Shown here piece after piece: positions 23,369 to 33,394 of a stretch of DNA of 36,811 bases (position 1 is the stretch's first letter; each line of letters opens with the position of its first letter). The notes under the pieces were generated by a model that was not told the origin of the DNA, searched no databases, and worked only from the letters and a program-made list of their open reading frames with translations. The translations under genes were made by a program, and so were the position numbers. The stretch comes from Massalongia carnosa (taxonomy: Eukaryota): the NCBI GenBank assembly GCA_965645245.1, contig OZ287083.1:1860001-1896811 (forward strand). Reading direction: 5' to 3'.

Positions 23369-24049
23369 GAGTCGGCAACCTCAGCGATTTCTTGCACTTT
23401 CGCTGGCCGAGTCTTCTTCTCGCAATTTTGGTGCCTGGTCGCCGGTGGCCAATTGTCGTGACATTTCCCAGGAAAGCTTGTACTTCAACTCGCTGATTAG
23501 CGTGGCCTCGTTATGCTCTAACTCAGCTGCTAGGCGCTGGAACTCAGCCCAAAAGGTGTTAAAGTCTTTGCTTCCTTGCTTGAGGGCTCGGAAGCTGTTC
23601 ATGGCGTTTTGTTTTCGGTTGGGGTCGCCGTAGGTGCGTTCCAATTGGTCGAACATTTCTTCGGCCGTCACAAAGGGGCGAATTGCACCTTTTCGGAGTC
23701 GGGGTTCGAGGTGCCCCATGGCTTCTCCTCCGACTCGGTTCTCTACGTACGCCTTCTTCAGCACTTCCGTAGGCATATGGTCCTCGTTGGCCGCTAATTT
23801 ACTCCGCATCTTTGTCAGCCAATGGTCAATAGAAATCTCTTTTCCATCAGTAAAAATGGGAGGTTCAGGGAGGTTCATGGACTTCTTCTTGTCACTGGTG
23901 CCGTCGGTCCGTTGAGTGCTTAGTGTCCGAGAAGGAGAATGAGGGTGAGACTGCTCTCGTGTTTTGTCGGTTGGTGTTTCGGAAGCCTGGCGACGTGCTT
24001 CCCTCAGTTCTTCCTTTTGGTATTCGACAATTCCTTCTAGCTGGTTCAT
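23356..24049 (-). pseudogene. Gypsy B gag fragment (N-terminus and nucleocapsid region missing)
   Basis: ORF 23381..24049: LPEPPIFTDGK..IDHWL, LKQGSKDFNTFWAEFQRL. Confidence 0.8.
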
Positions 24050-24241
24050 TCTTATGAATGGGAAAATGGGCCTTAGGGTCAGGATGGACTTTAGAGATTT
24101 TTTTCAGGGAAACGATCGGGAACGATCTTATCAGGTCAGCGCTCTACCTCTTCTTGTCGTGCGAGCATCGTGGTGGGAGATATAAGGCGCCGAAGGGGGT
24201 AGTGTTCGAGGTGGGATTACCGAAAGCGGCAATCGTGGGGT

Positions 24242-24351
24242 GGCAGAATTCTCCCCGCTTTCCGAATCGGGGTTTTCGGGACATGACGTCAGAGAGGCAG
24301 AATACTTACCGCTTTCCGAATCGAGGTTTTCGGGACACGACGTCAGAGAGG
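24242..24351. repeat. 54-bp tandem duplication, with a partial third copy near 24519
   Basis: GGCAGAAT..CCGCTTTCCGAATCG.GGTTTTCGGGACA.GACGTCAGAGAGG occurs twice. Confidence 0.9.
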
Positions 24352-24963
24352 TACCCAGGCAACCAGAGTTAACAGATATAAAGAAGGTTCGTATATAGGA
24401 TATAGTCATAAGAAGACGCACTATCAATATCCGTAGTTTCTATACCTATAGATGATTTTTTCGCGGGAGTTACACCAAGATATGTGGTTACTAGAAGAGG
24501 GCTCGATACGCTTTGCCAAATCGAGGTTTTCGGGACATCTCCTGTCGGTGCTTTATTTACATTGGCCCGACCCTCTCTTATAGATAATCCATCTATCCTA
24601 ATACTGTACTGGCCCGGATAATGCAGCAATACCTTCGAAGCAGCGTGGCGGGAGGCGCATATAATATACTGATAGCGAGAAAGTGAGAAGAGCAAACACT
24701 AACTGTAAGAGGCGCCACTAACTTCATCCTCCAGGTCTAGCCGACTTCATCACATTCGAGCGATCAATATCGTCCGGAGCTGCTGCCAGCACGCGGCCCG
24801 AGATTGGGCTCCGAATAAGTCTGGATATTTGAATCCCGCCCGACTCTGGTGCTCAAGAACATAATAACAGAGTACCCGATGCTCGATTATCACAATTGCC
24901 CAGCCCATGTCACAGGCTTTGCCTACAAAGCACGCCGGAAGAGGCAGAAGTTATACGATATAT

Positions 24964-25990
24964 TGTAATACGGATGGCGCTAGAGGGATACGTGATCGCC
25001 TATGGCGGTTGCGGGATTAACTAGCGTGGACCATGCCGTAGTACGAAGTCGCATAAGCCGTCGAGGCTGACACACTGCAATCTTGCCCCGAAACTTCGGA
25101 GTTATTGTTATCACGTTCTTGACTACTTACAGATCAAACACCTGTCGAGGCCGTGGTGGTAGATTGCTATGGAGTGTAAGGCGGACTCCTGTGGAGACGC
25201 CGAGGAACTCTATATGGAATCTACTGGCCTACTCGGAGCTACTGGATCTCTTGATGGTTCAAGAGAGGTAGCAGGAGGCCCGGCTCGCTGGACGCAGTTT
25301 GAGCTAGGCTCCCCGGTGTAAACTTCAGCTTCAACGTTTATTACTACGTTGGTAGTGATGTCGGCTGAATGAACCTACATGACCTCGTTGTCAAGACCTT
25401 GTGTCTAGAGGCAGGTCCGCAGTGTAGCGAGGTATTCAGTCGGAGGTAACCTTCCATCACTAGGTAGTGGTGACGGCGAAATGAAGCTACATAGCCTGAG
25501 GCATGTAGTGAGGGATCTAGCCGGGGGTAGAATTGTTCTACCTTGCAAGGGAAGATCTAGAAGGCTGCTCGAGGCTGACTAGATGATCCAGCGAACGCCG
25601 AGTTCGTAGATGGATCCTGCGGGATGGTTGGATGTAATGCGATAAAGTCGGATGTGGATTGCAAGGCTGTAAGGCTCGCAAGGCTCCCAAGGCTTGCAAG
25701 GCTCCTAAGGTTCCAAGGCTCCCAAGGCTATAGGCTTGGGGTGAGTAGGATAAATATCAGAACGAATCTTGTAGTATTCGTTAGCAATTAGTCTTTATTC
25801 TATGAACAACCTACGTTTGGGTCTCGGACGAGATCTCTTGGTCTAAGCACTTCCACTACCTTTAGCTTTGGATCACATATATTCTCGGAGACTAGACGTA
25901 GTAGCTATCTTCCACCTCTCACGCTGAGCATTTCCCCTTTCGAGATCAGTGTCGCTCGTGATTAGCTTACTGGTCTCGTAGCCCATTACA
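24964..25990 (+). repeat. 5' LTR of gypsy C (~1.03 kb)
   Basis: TGTAAT...ATTACA termini; TATA-like ATAAATA near 25750; 9-bp-period AAGGCT repeats at 25661-25737. Confidence 0.8.
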
Positions 25991-26080
25991 ATTCTAATTG
26001 CTCTCATACCCTACGGGTCAGCCAGCCCGTTTGGAGGAAGCTTAGCTAGTGGAGCCATCTGTTCTTGAACTCCGCAAACG

Positions 26081-27239
26081 ATGTCTTCAAGCTCTCGCCC
26101 TCGCAGGAACGTTCGGCAAGGTCCAACAAGATCTCCCCAGGCAGAAGATACTTCAAGGCCTTCGGAAGAGACACCGGCATCAAGCACTGAGGAAGCTATG
26201 GGCCCTGCCATATACACCGAGGAAGATCTGCAGCGAATCACAAAGCTCTGCATGGAGTCGTTCCTCCAGGCACAAGGCAGTCGACATGAAGGCCCCCGAG
26301 AAGGTCAGTTGAAAGCTCGGTTCCCGGATCTCTACTATGGGAAGTCCCATATGGAGTGTTACCTGTTACCATTTCTGCCAACAATGCGAAGACCACTTTG
26401 ACACCGCCGGCGCCACTGGGTCTAACCGTACACCCTTTGCCGCATCTTTCCTTCGTGGCCGGACTAGCTTTCGTTGGCACCAGCACAAACGTCGAAGCCA
26501 AGGCGAAGAGGTAGGACCTTTGTCTTGGATCGAGTTCAAGGCTTTCCTTCGGAAGAATCTTGGAGACTCCAGGGCTTTTGTGGACGCAACCTGGAGTAGG
26601 ATCAAGCGGGACTCCCAGTACCAACAAGAAGAAGTTCAGGATTGGGCTTCTCACCTGGAATATTTGCAATCGATACTCCTGGAGTTTGATGCTGAGGGAG
26701 CTCCAGAGGAGTCGGACCTTATTCGGTTCTTTCGTGAAGGCCTCAAGCCTTCGATAAAGGCCCAGATGGAACAACGAGGAAGGGAACTAGACAGTTGGGA
26801 GGAGCTGGTCGAAAAAGCGATCGATGCTGAGGCAAAAGCTAGCCTGCAGCCGCACTCGATCCTTCGTGAGATGGATCAGCGATGTCCACATGGAAACCGG
26901 CCCGCTCATGCCACTGTGGCCAAACCCCAGACCTCTACTCGAGACCCTCGAGACGAGCCTAGCGAAAAGCCCAAAACTTCGGGTCCGAAGCAACAAAACT
27001 CCTCGCGCCCAGAGAACAGCGAGATTGCCGACAAGAAAGCTCGGAGAGAAAAGAAAAGGCAGCGACGTCTTGATAAAGGTCAAGATCGGAAAGGCTCGGA
27101 GTCTACTCCGGCCACCGGTGCCAACACTTCCAGTGGCACCAGCAAGGACGTGTCCCAAATCACCTGCTTCAACTGCAACAAGAAGGGACACTACGCAAGT
27201 ACTTGTCGCGAACCCAAGAAGGATGCCTCAAAAAACTAG
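26081..27239 (+). pseudogene. Gypsy C gag (one frameshift from a 7-bp TGTTACC duplication)
   Basis: ORFs 26081..26401 and 26337..27239; FPDLYYGKS and CFNCNKKGHYASTC zinc knuckle. Confidence 0.92.
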
Positions 27240-30200
27240 TATCGGTCTTGGCAACCTCCGCGCCTATGACTGGAACTAGTAAGGAGGCTAATCTTGAGCG
27301 GGTTCCTTGTATTCGATATCCGGTCCGTTTGAGGAAGGATCAAGACGAGGTAGAAGCTTTGCTAGATTCCGGCAGCGAGGTCAACGCAATGCACCCCGCT
27401 TATGCCGCGAAACTGGGGCTTCGTGTTAGGGAAACAGATGTTGGGGCGCAGAAGATTGATGGATCTCACCTGGATACCTTCGGTATGGTTATCGCAGGGT
27501 TCTCGGTCGAGGATAAGCTAGGGAAGGTTCGATTCTTCCAGGAAACCTTCTTGTTGGCTAATATTAGCCTGGAGGTGGTCCTGGGAATGCCTTTTTCTTA
27601 CACTCAGCAGTGTGGATATACGCTTCCCAGAGCGAGAGCTTGCCTGGAGAACTTACACAGCTGCCGAGGCTTTACCAACAACCAGACTTGTGGAGATCAT
27701 CGATAAGGAAGAGTTCGCGGAGACGGTCCTTGGAGGAGACGATGAGGCATATGTGGTGCATGTAATGGCCGTAAGCAAGCCATCGTCCATGCCGATCCAC
27801 GCCTCTCGCCAGGCCCAAGTAGCCTCGCTAGTGAGCGAGGAGGCCAATATCCCCGTTGAATATTCCGACTTCTCTGGCGTCTTCTCCCCTGACTCTGCAG
27901 CGGAACTACCGGAGCACACCGGCTTTAACGACCATCCTATCGACCTAGTAGATGGTAAGCAGCCACCTTATGGCCCAATCTACAGTCTAGGTCCTATGGA
28001 ACTAGAGACGCTGAAAACCTATATTGAAACCAACCTAGCCAGCGGTTTTATTAGGCCTTCTCAGTCTCCAGCTGGTGCTCATATACTGTTTATCCGCAAG
28101 AAGGACGGTAGTCTCCGCCTGTGTGTGGATTATCGAGGACTCAATACCCTGACGATCAAGAATCGGTACCCGTTACCCTTGATTGGAGAGTCGCTTGATC
28201 GACTAGGCCGTGCCAAGCGATTTACGCAGCTAGATCTCACGAACGCGTATCATCGGATGCGAATTCGAGAAGGTGACGAATGGAAGACGGCCTTTAGGAC
28301 TCGATATGGTCACTTCGAGTATCAGGTTATGCCCTTCGGCCTTTCCAATGCCCCAGCTAGTTTCCAGGGCTATATCAACAAAGTTCTAGCAGAGAAACTC
28401 GACGTCTTTGTCATCGTATACTTAGATGACATCCTGATCTATACCGAGGACGTAGGCCAAGGCCATGTTGAGGCTGTTAAGTGGGTCTTGGAGAACCTCC
28501 GAAAAAATGGACTTTTTGCCAATCTAAAGAAGTGTCGTTTTCATCAAGATGAGGTTCGCTTCCTAGGCTACGTTGTCTCTGGCCAAGGAATTCGTATGGA
28601 AGAGGAAAGGATTGAAGCTGTCACGAACTGGCTAGAACCTAAGTCAGTACGAGACGTCCAGGTGTTTATGGGATTCGCCAACTTCTACCGGCGGTTCATC
28701 CGGGGGTTCAGCAAGATTGCTGCTCCACTCACCTCAATGCGCAAAACGAACTTGGTCGCCAACACTGGGCCATCCCTAAAGGCGAGGCGCGGAGCGGAAG
28801 AATCTTGTTTCTTAACTCCTGCCGCTAAGTTAGCCTTTGCCCAATTAAAGCAGGCGTTCACTGAAGCACCAATCCTCCGACATTTTGACCCTGAGCGCCA
28901 CATCCGACTTGAGACGGACGCCTCGGGTTACGCCATAGGTGGCGTTCTTAGCCAGCTGGATATCGAAACCGGCCAATGGCACCCAGTAGCGTATTTTTCT
29001 CGGAAAATGATTCCTGCAGAAACTCGTTACGAAACTCACGATGGGGAACTACTGGCCATCGTTGAAGCCTTTAAGAATTGGAGGCATTATCTCGAAGGTT
29101 GTAAGCATGAAGTCCTCGTGCTTACGGACCATAACAACCTGCGGCGATTTATGGATACGAAGAGTTTAAGCCCCCACCAGGTTCGCTGGGCGCAAGAACT
29201 CTCTCGTTACAATTTCCGCATCGATTATCGTCAAGGCAAGGCTAATGGAGCTGCCGATGCTTTATCTCGCTATCCTCAGAGGAGCCAAGGCGAGGAAGAA
29301 GTGCTTCGAGCTGAGAATACTCGAATCCTTCACCGACTGCAGTCCTCGCTGACCAGCGCCAGCATCTCTGGTATCACTAGTACTCAGCATCTCACCCCTC
29401 CACACCACATCATTATCTGTGGAACGCACGTTTTCCCTCAACTACGTCAGTTTTGGGATACGCTCCGCCAAGACTTGACCTCTGAAGGTCCTTACAAAGT
29501 CAGCATTGGTGGCATGAGGTTGAGGTTGCAAGAGTTGCAGGAGGAAGATACCCAAGCTCAGACGATCAGAGCAGAGAAGCTTAGAAAAGATGGCTGGGAA
29601 GACACCGAGGGGATTTTGCATTATCGAAGCCTGCATTATGTCCCTGAGATCCTCAGAACTGAGCTAATCAGTAGGCATCATGATGATCCATTAGCAGGAC
29701 ACTTCGGCATCGAAAAGACGCGAGAACTCATTGCGAGAAAGTACTTCTGGGAGACTCTCCGCCGCGATGTCGAGAGCTATGTCAAGGGTTGCGACGTCTG
29801 CTTATTTTCTAAAGCGGTCAGACACAAGCCTTACGGAGACCTACAGTCACTGCCAGTGCCAACTCATCGCTGGAAAGACTTGTCTATGGATTTTGTGACG
29901 GGGTTGCCAGAATCTGCGGATTGGAAGCACGACAGTTACGATTCGATCCTGGTCATCGTCGACCGGCTTACGAAGATGGTGCACTATGAGCCAGTGCTGA
30001 CAACGATCACTGCGCCATTGCTAGCAGAGGTAATCATAGACGTGGTAGTTCGTCACCACAGCTTACCCGACTCTATCGTCAGCGACCGCGGCTCAGTTTT
30101 CACTTCCAAGTTCTGGTCTTCTTTGTGCTACTTTTTAGGCATCAAGCGACGCCTCTCTACCGCGTTCCATCCACAGACCGATGGGCAGACCGAACGTCAG

Positions 30201-31091
30201 AACAGCACCATGGAAGCCTACCAAAGGGCGTTCGTCAACTACGAACAAGACGACTGGGCGCGCCTGCTTCCGATGGCTGAGTTCGCGTATAACAATGCGA
30301 AAAACGCGAGCACTGGGCATACGCCGTTCGAGCTCAACTGTGGCTACCACCCCCGTGTCTCATATGAGGAAGACATCGACCCCCGCTCCAGGTCCAAGTC
30401 AGCAGATGAACTAGCTGCAGATCTAAAGGACTTGATGGCTATCTGTGAGGAAAACCTTCAGCACGCGCAAGAATGGCAGACAAAGGCCCACAACAAATGA
30501 ACCAAGCCACGGAGCTATGCACCTGGCGACAAAGTTTGGTTGAACAGCAAGTATATTAAAACCAAACGCAATCGCAAGCTAGAGGCTAAGTTCTTTGGGC
30601 CATTCCGTGTCTTGCAACCAGTGGGCAAGCAAGCCTACAAGCTGGAGCTTCCAAAGCGGTGGCGCATCCATGATGTCTTTCATGTATCACTGCTGGAGCA
30701 GGACACCACAAGGAAGGGGCGGGTGGACGAGAAGATCGCGGAACAGCTGGAATTCGAAGCTGGTAACGATGAGGAGTACGAGGTTGAAGGCATTTTGGAT
30801 AGCGCGGTCTATGCTAAGGAGTCAGAAGCTGGCCACCTACCAGGCCTCTACTATCTGGTCTCCTGGAAGGGCTATCCAGAGGATGAAAGTACGTGGGAAC
30901 CGGCGGCAGCGATCATACACCTTCGGAAGATCGTCAAAGCCTACCATGAAAGTAATCCCGCCAAGCCGACAGCAACCTCTCCTCCTATTGACACCGCACC
31001 GCCAATGGCTAAGCCGGCCGTTAATCCTCAAGGTAAGAGGAAACGCGGCCGACCAGCTACCAGCACTCGGAGCAAGAGGGCGAAGAGGTAG
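27230..31091 (+). pseudogene. Gypsy C pol (PR-RT-RH-IN-chromodomain); frameshift ~27595, premature TGA 30498-30500
   Basis: LLDSGS, LCVDYRGLN, YLDDILIY, LETDASGYAIG, HHDDPLAGH..CDVC, TDGQTE, GPF, YEVEGILDS..YLVSWKGY..STWEP; -1 slippery site A AAA AAC at 27230-27236. Confidence 0.95.
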
Positions 31092-31135
31092 TAGCCTCGG
31101 GGTTTTCTCTCCTGCAACTTGCTATGGATCTAGGA

Positions 31136-31330
31136 TCGGTTTTCCCTACGTTTTCCCGTTATCTTATCAGGGTTTTAGGGTTTTTCATCGATCTCGAGAG
31201 TTCGGTTTTCCCTTAGTTCTCCCGTTGTCTTATTAGGGTTTTAGGGTTTTTCATCGATCTCGACAAGTCAGTTTTCCTCCTCAGTTCCCACTGGGTTAGG
31301 AGGTTTTTCATTGACTTCGGAGGCCGGTTT
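31136..31330. repeat. 66-bp tandem repeats in the gypsy C 3' UTR, containing TTAGGG motifs
   Basis: CCCGTT.TCTTAT.AGGGTTTTAGGGTTTTTCATCGATCTCGA at 31155 and 31221, plus a degenerate third unit. Confidence 0.88.
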
Positions 31331-31457
31331 TCCCCCTTGCTATCATACAAGGAAGGAAGTTTTTCACCGCCTGCCATACACATCATACCACCCACCTAAC
31401 GTGTCGTTACTATCCACTACACGCTCGGCGGAGCTCGCGTCCTAGAGGGGAGGCAAT

Positions 31458-31553
31458 TGTAATACGGATAGCGCTAGAAGGATACGTGATCGCCTATGGC
31501 GGTTGCGGGATTAACTGGCGTGGACCAAGCCGTAGTACGAAGTCGCATAAGCC
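31458..31553 (+). repeat. Truncated 3' LTR of gypsy C
   Basis: Direct repeat of 24964-25059; similarity stops abruptly at GCATAAGCC. Confidence 0.95.
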
Positions 31554-32709
31554 ATAATTCCATTGTCCAGTGATACCAGTAGAGAGCCTTTCCCCTCTGT
31601 CGATAACACCTCTCCGGAACCTGTTTCTAAACAGCAATTTTCGCTCCGAAAGGTCCCTTCATGAAAGAGATCTTTAGTGCATATAATGTGCGTGGTGGCA
31701 CCGGAGTCGATCAATAGATCGTGGGCATTCTTGGGGCCTGGGTACAGATTTGCCATACAAGCGGTGTTTCCTGGGTTCTTTTCCCGGAATATTCCCTTAT
31801 TGTACAAACTATTTGGGGTTTCGAGGTTTTATCACCTCCTTTGTCTTCGCAAACTCGTTCCAGGTGGCCGGTCATACCACATTTCCGACATGTGGCGTTA
31901 CTATGCCTGCATTTCCCGGAGTGGTTATAACCACAATATTTACATTTGCTCTTATCCTCTTCAGTGGGGTTCTTATTCTTCTTTGCCTTCAGCATGTTAG
32001 CTATGGAAACAGAGTCCTGGCGCATGCAAGCTTCTTCGTCCTCCAGGTTCTTCAGTAGTCCATCCATCGCAGGGAATTTATCCTCCCGCCGGGCCAGTTC
32101 GTTCAGGATAGTCAGGTAGGTGCTGAATAAACTACCGAGTCCGTTGAGAAGCTTGAGCACCACTATTTGCTCGACAGAGAGGGTAATGTCGGTGATCTCA
32201 GCCTTGATATCTCCGACCAGGCTACCGTACTCCTCAATGGTCTTGCACTTTTTATAATTGATCTCCGCTAGCCGGTTGAAGGTGCTCCATTTAGCACTCC
32301 AGTTCTTCAATGTATAACTGGTCTTCAAATGCTCCCAGAGGTCCTTGGGATTCCAGATCTCACCGTTGGCTAGGTCCATCATCGACAAGAACTCTTGCTG
32401 CACGTCGTCCGTGCACATCTTGCCTATCTTTCCTACTACTCTTTTTTGCTTTTTCTCGAACTCCAGTCGTTCAAGGTCCCGTTGATCACGCTTATCGAGC
32501 TGATCCGGTGTTTCTTCTAGAGAGACTTCGTCATCATCAGAACTCTTTGATGGAAAGGGAATCTCTCGAGGTATTTTCCGGGCCCTAGTAACATAACTCC
32601 AAAGTTCCGTTTCCTGCAGGGCGAAGGCCATGTTTCTGGACCATTTCTTCTTATATTTCCCGCTCACCATCAGTTTCGGGAACGTGTATAGGCTCTCCCC
32701 TTTAGCCAT
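31554..32709 (-). pseudogene. Ty1/copia B gag and protease start, 3'-truncated
   Basis: MAKGESLYTFPKL..WSRNMAFAL, LWEHLK, LLNGL, CRKCGMTGHLERVC knuckle and LLIDSGATTHII protease motif. Confidence 0.88.
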
Positions 32710-32891
32710 GATGCTACAAGGAAGACGAATTGAGAAATAGAGCAGTGACCCTGTGGAATGGACTGATGCTTTGAATTTGGCGCGGACGGAGTTAGGGAAT
32801 ATATATAGTATAGAATGGAGTAGATGGAGGGATGGGGGTAAGTTGGTTGACAATCAATGTGGAGGCTTTTCAGACGTAGCAGAAGTAAGCA

Positions 32892-32904
32892 GGGCTCATA
32901 AACC
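32892..32904 (-). promoter_or_regulatory. Copia primer-binding site of the half-tRNA(iMet) type
   Basis: Minus strand reads CA-TT-GGTTTATGAGCCC, one extra T relative to the GGTTATGAGCC Ty5/copia-type PBS; upstream TATATAAAG near 32990. Confidence 0.7.
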
Positions 32905-33394
32905 AATGAAATATAAATTCACTTTGTAGGTATAGTAGCATGATTGTCATTGAAGGTAATTATCTATGTGGGCTATAAGTCTGCTTTATATAGCAGTCAC
33001 AAAATAGTCACATCTAGGAGCCTAAACGGTCAGACCTTGTCCTCCCATATCTGTTTGTTTAGGCACCCTGAAGATCAGACCTTGACTCTCATATCTGCTT
33101 TTTTTAGGCACTTTGCAAGGCACTTCCCGAATTGCCTGTTAGGCACCTCCTATAGATGCCTGGCAGGTACCCCTGGGACTCACGATGGATGCCTACCTGT
33201 AGAAATCGCCCGTTGTGCGGCGTAACACGAAACGCGAAAGGTGTGATTGGCTGATTTCCCCCCGCTTCGGCGTCGGCACGTACCGCTGCACCGCAAAACG
33301 TGCAGCATAACACGAGAATCCCCGTCGCTGGCAACGCGACCTCCAATCGCCCCACGAGGGAGCTGGGAAGCGGCTAGGGCATAGGGAGAGGATC

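Larger units (their letters stand above)
16074..24049 (-). mobile_element. Ty3/gypsy chromovirus B, 5'-truncated, with nested Helitron and solo LTR
   Basis: gag, protease (LLDTGAT), RT (YLDDILIYS), RNase H ([13 protein letters not shown]), integrase (TDGQSE, GPY), chromodomain, then PPT AAAGCGGGGGG and a 3' LTR. Confidence 0.92.
24964..31553 (+). mobile_element. Ty3/gypsy chromovirus C, nearly complete; 3' LTR truncated
   Basis: 5' LTR 24964-25990, gag, pol with chromodomain, PPT AGAGGGGAGG (31444-31453). 3' LTR 31458-31553 matches 24964-25059 with 4 differences in 96 bp. Confidence 0.96.

Noticed and set aside
26238..27279. Overlapping and antisense ORFs over gypsy C gag, and similar shadow ORFs across the window
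   Set aside because: No recognisable motifs; expected by-products of long coding frames.
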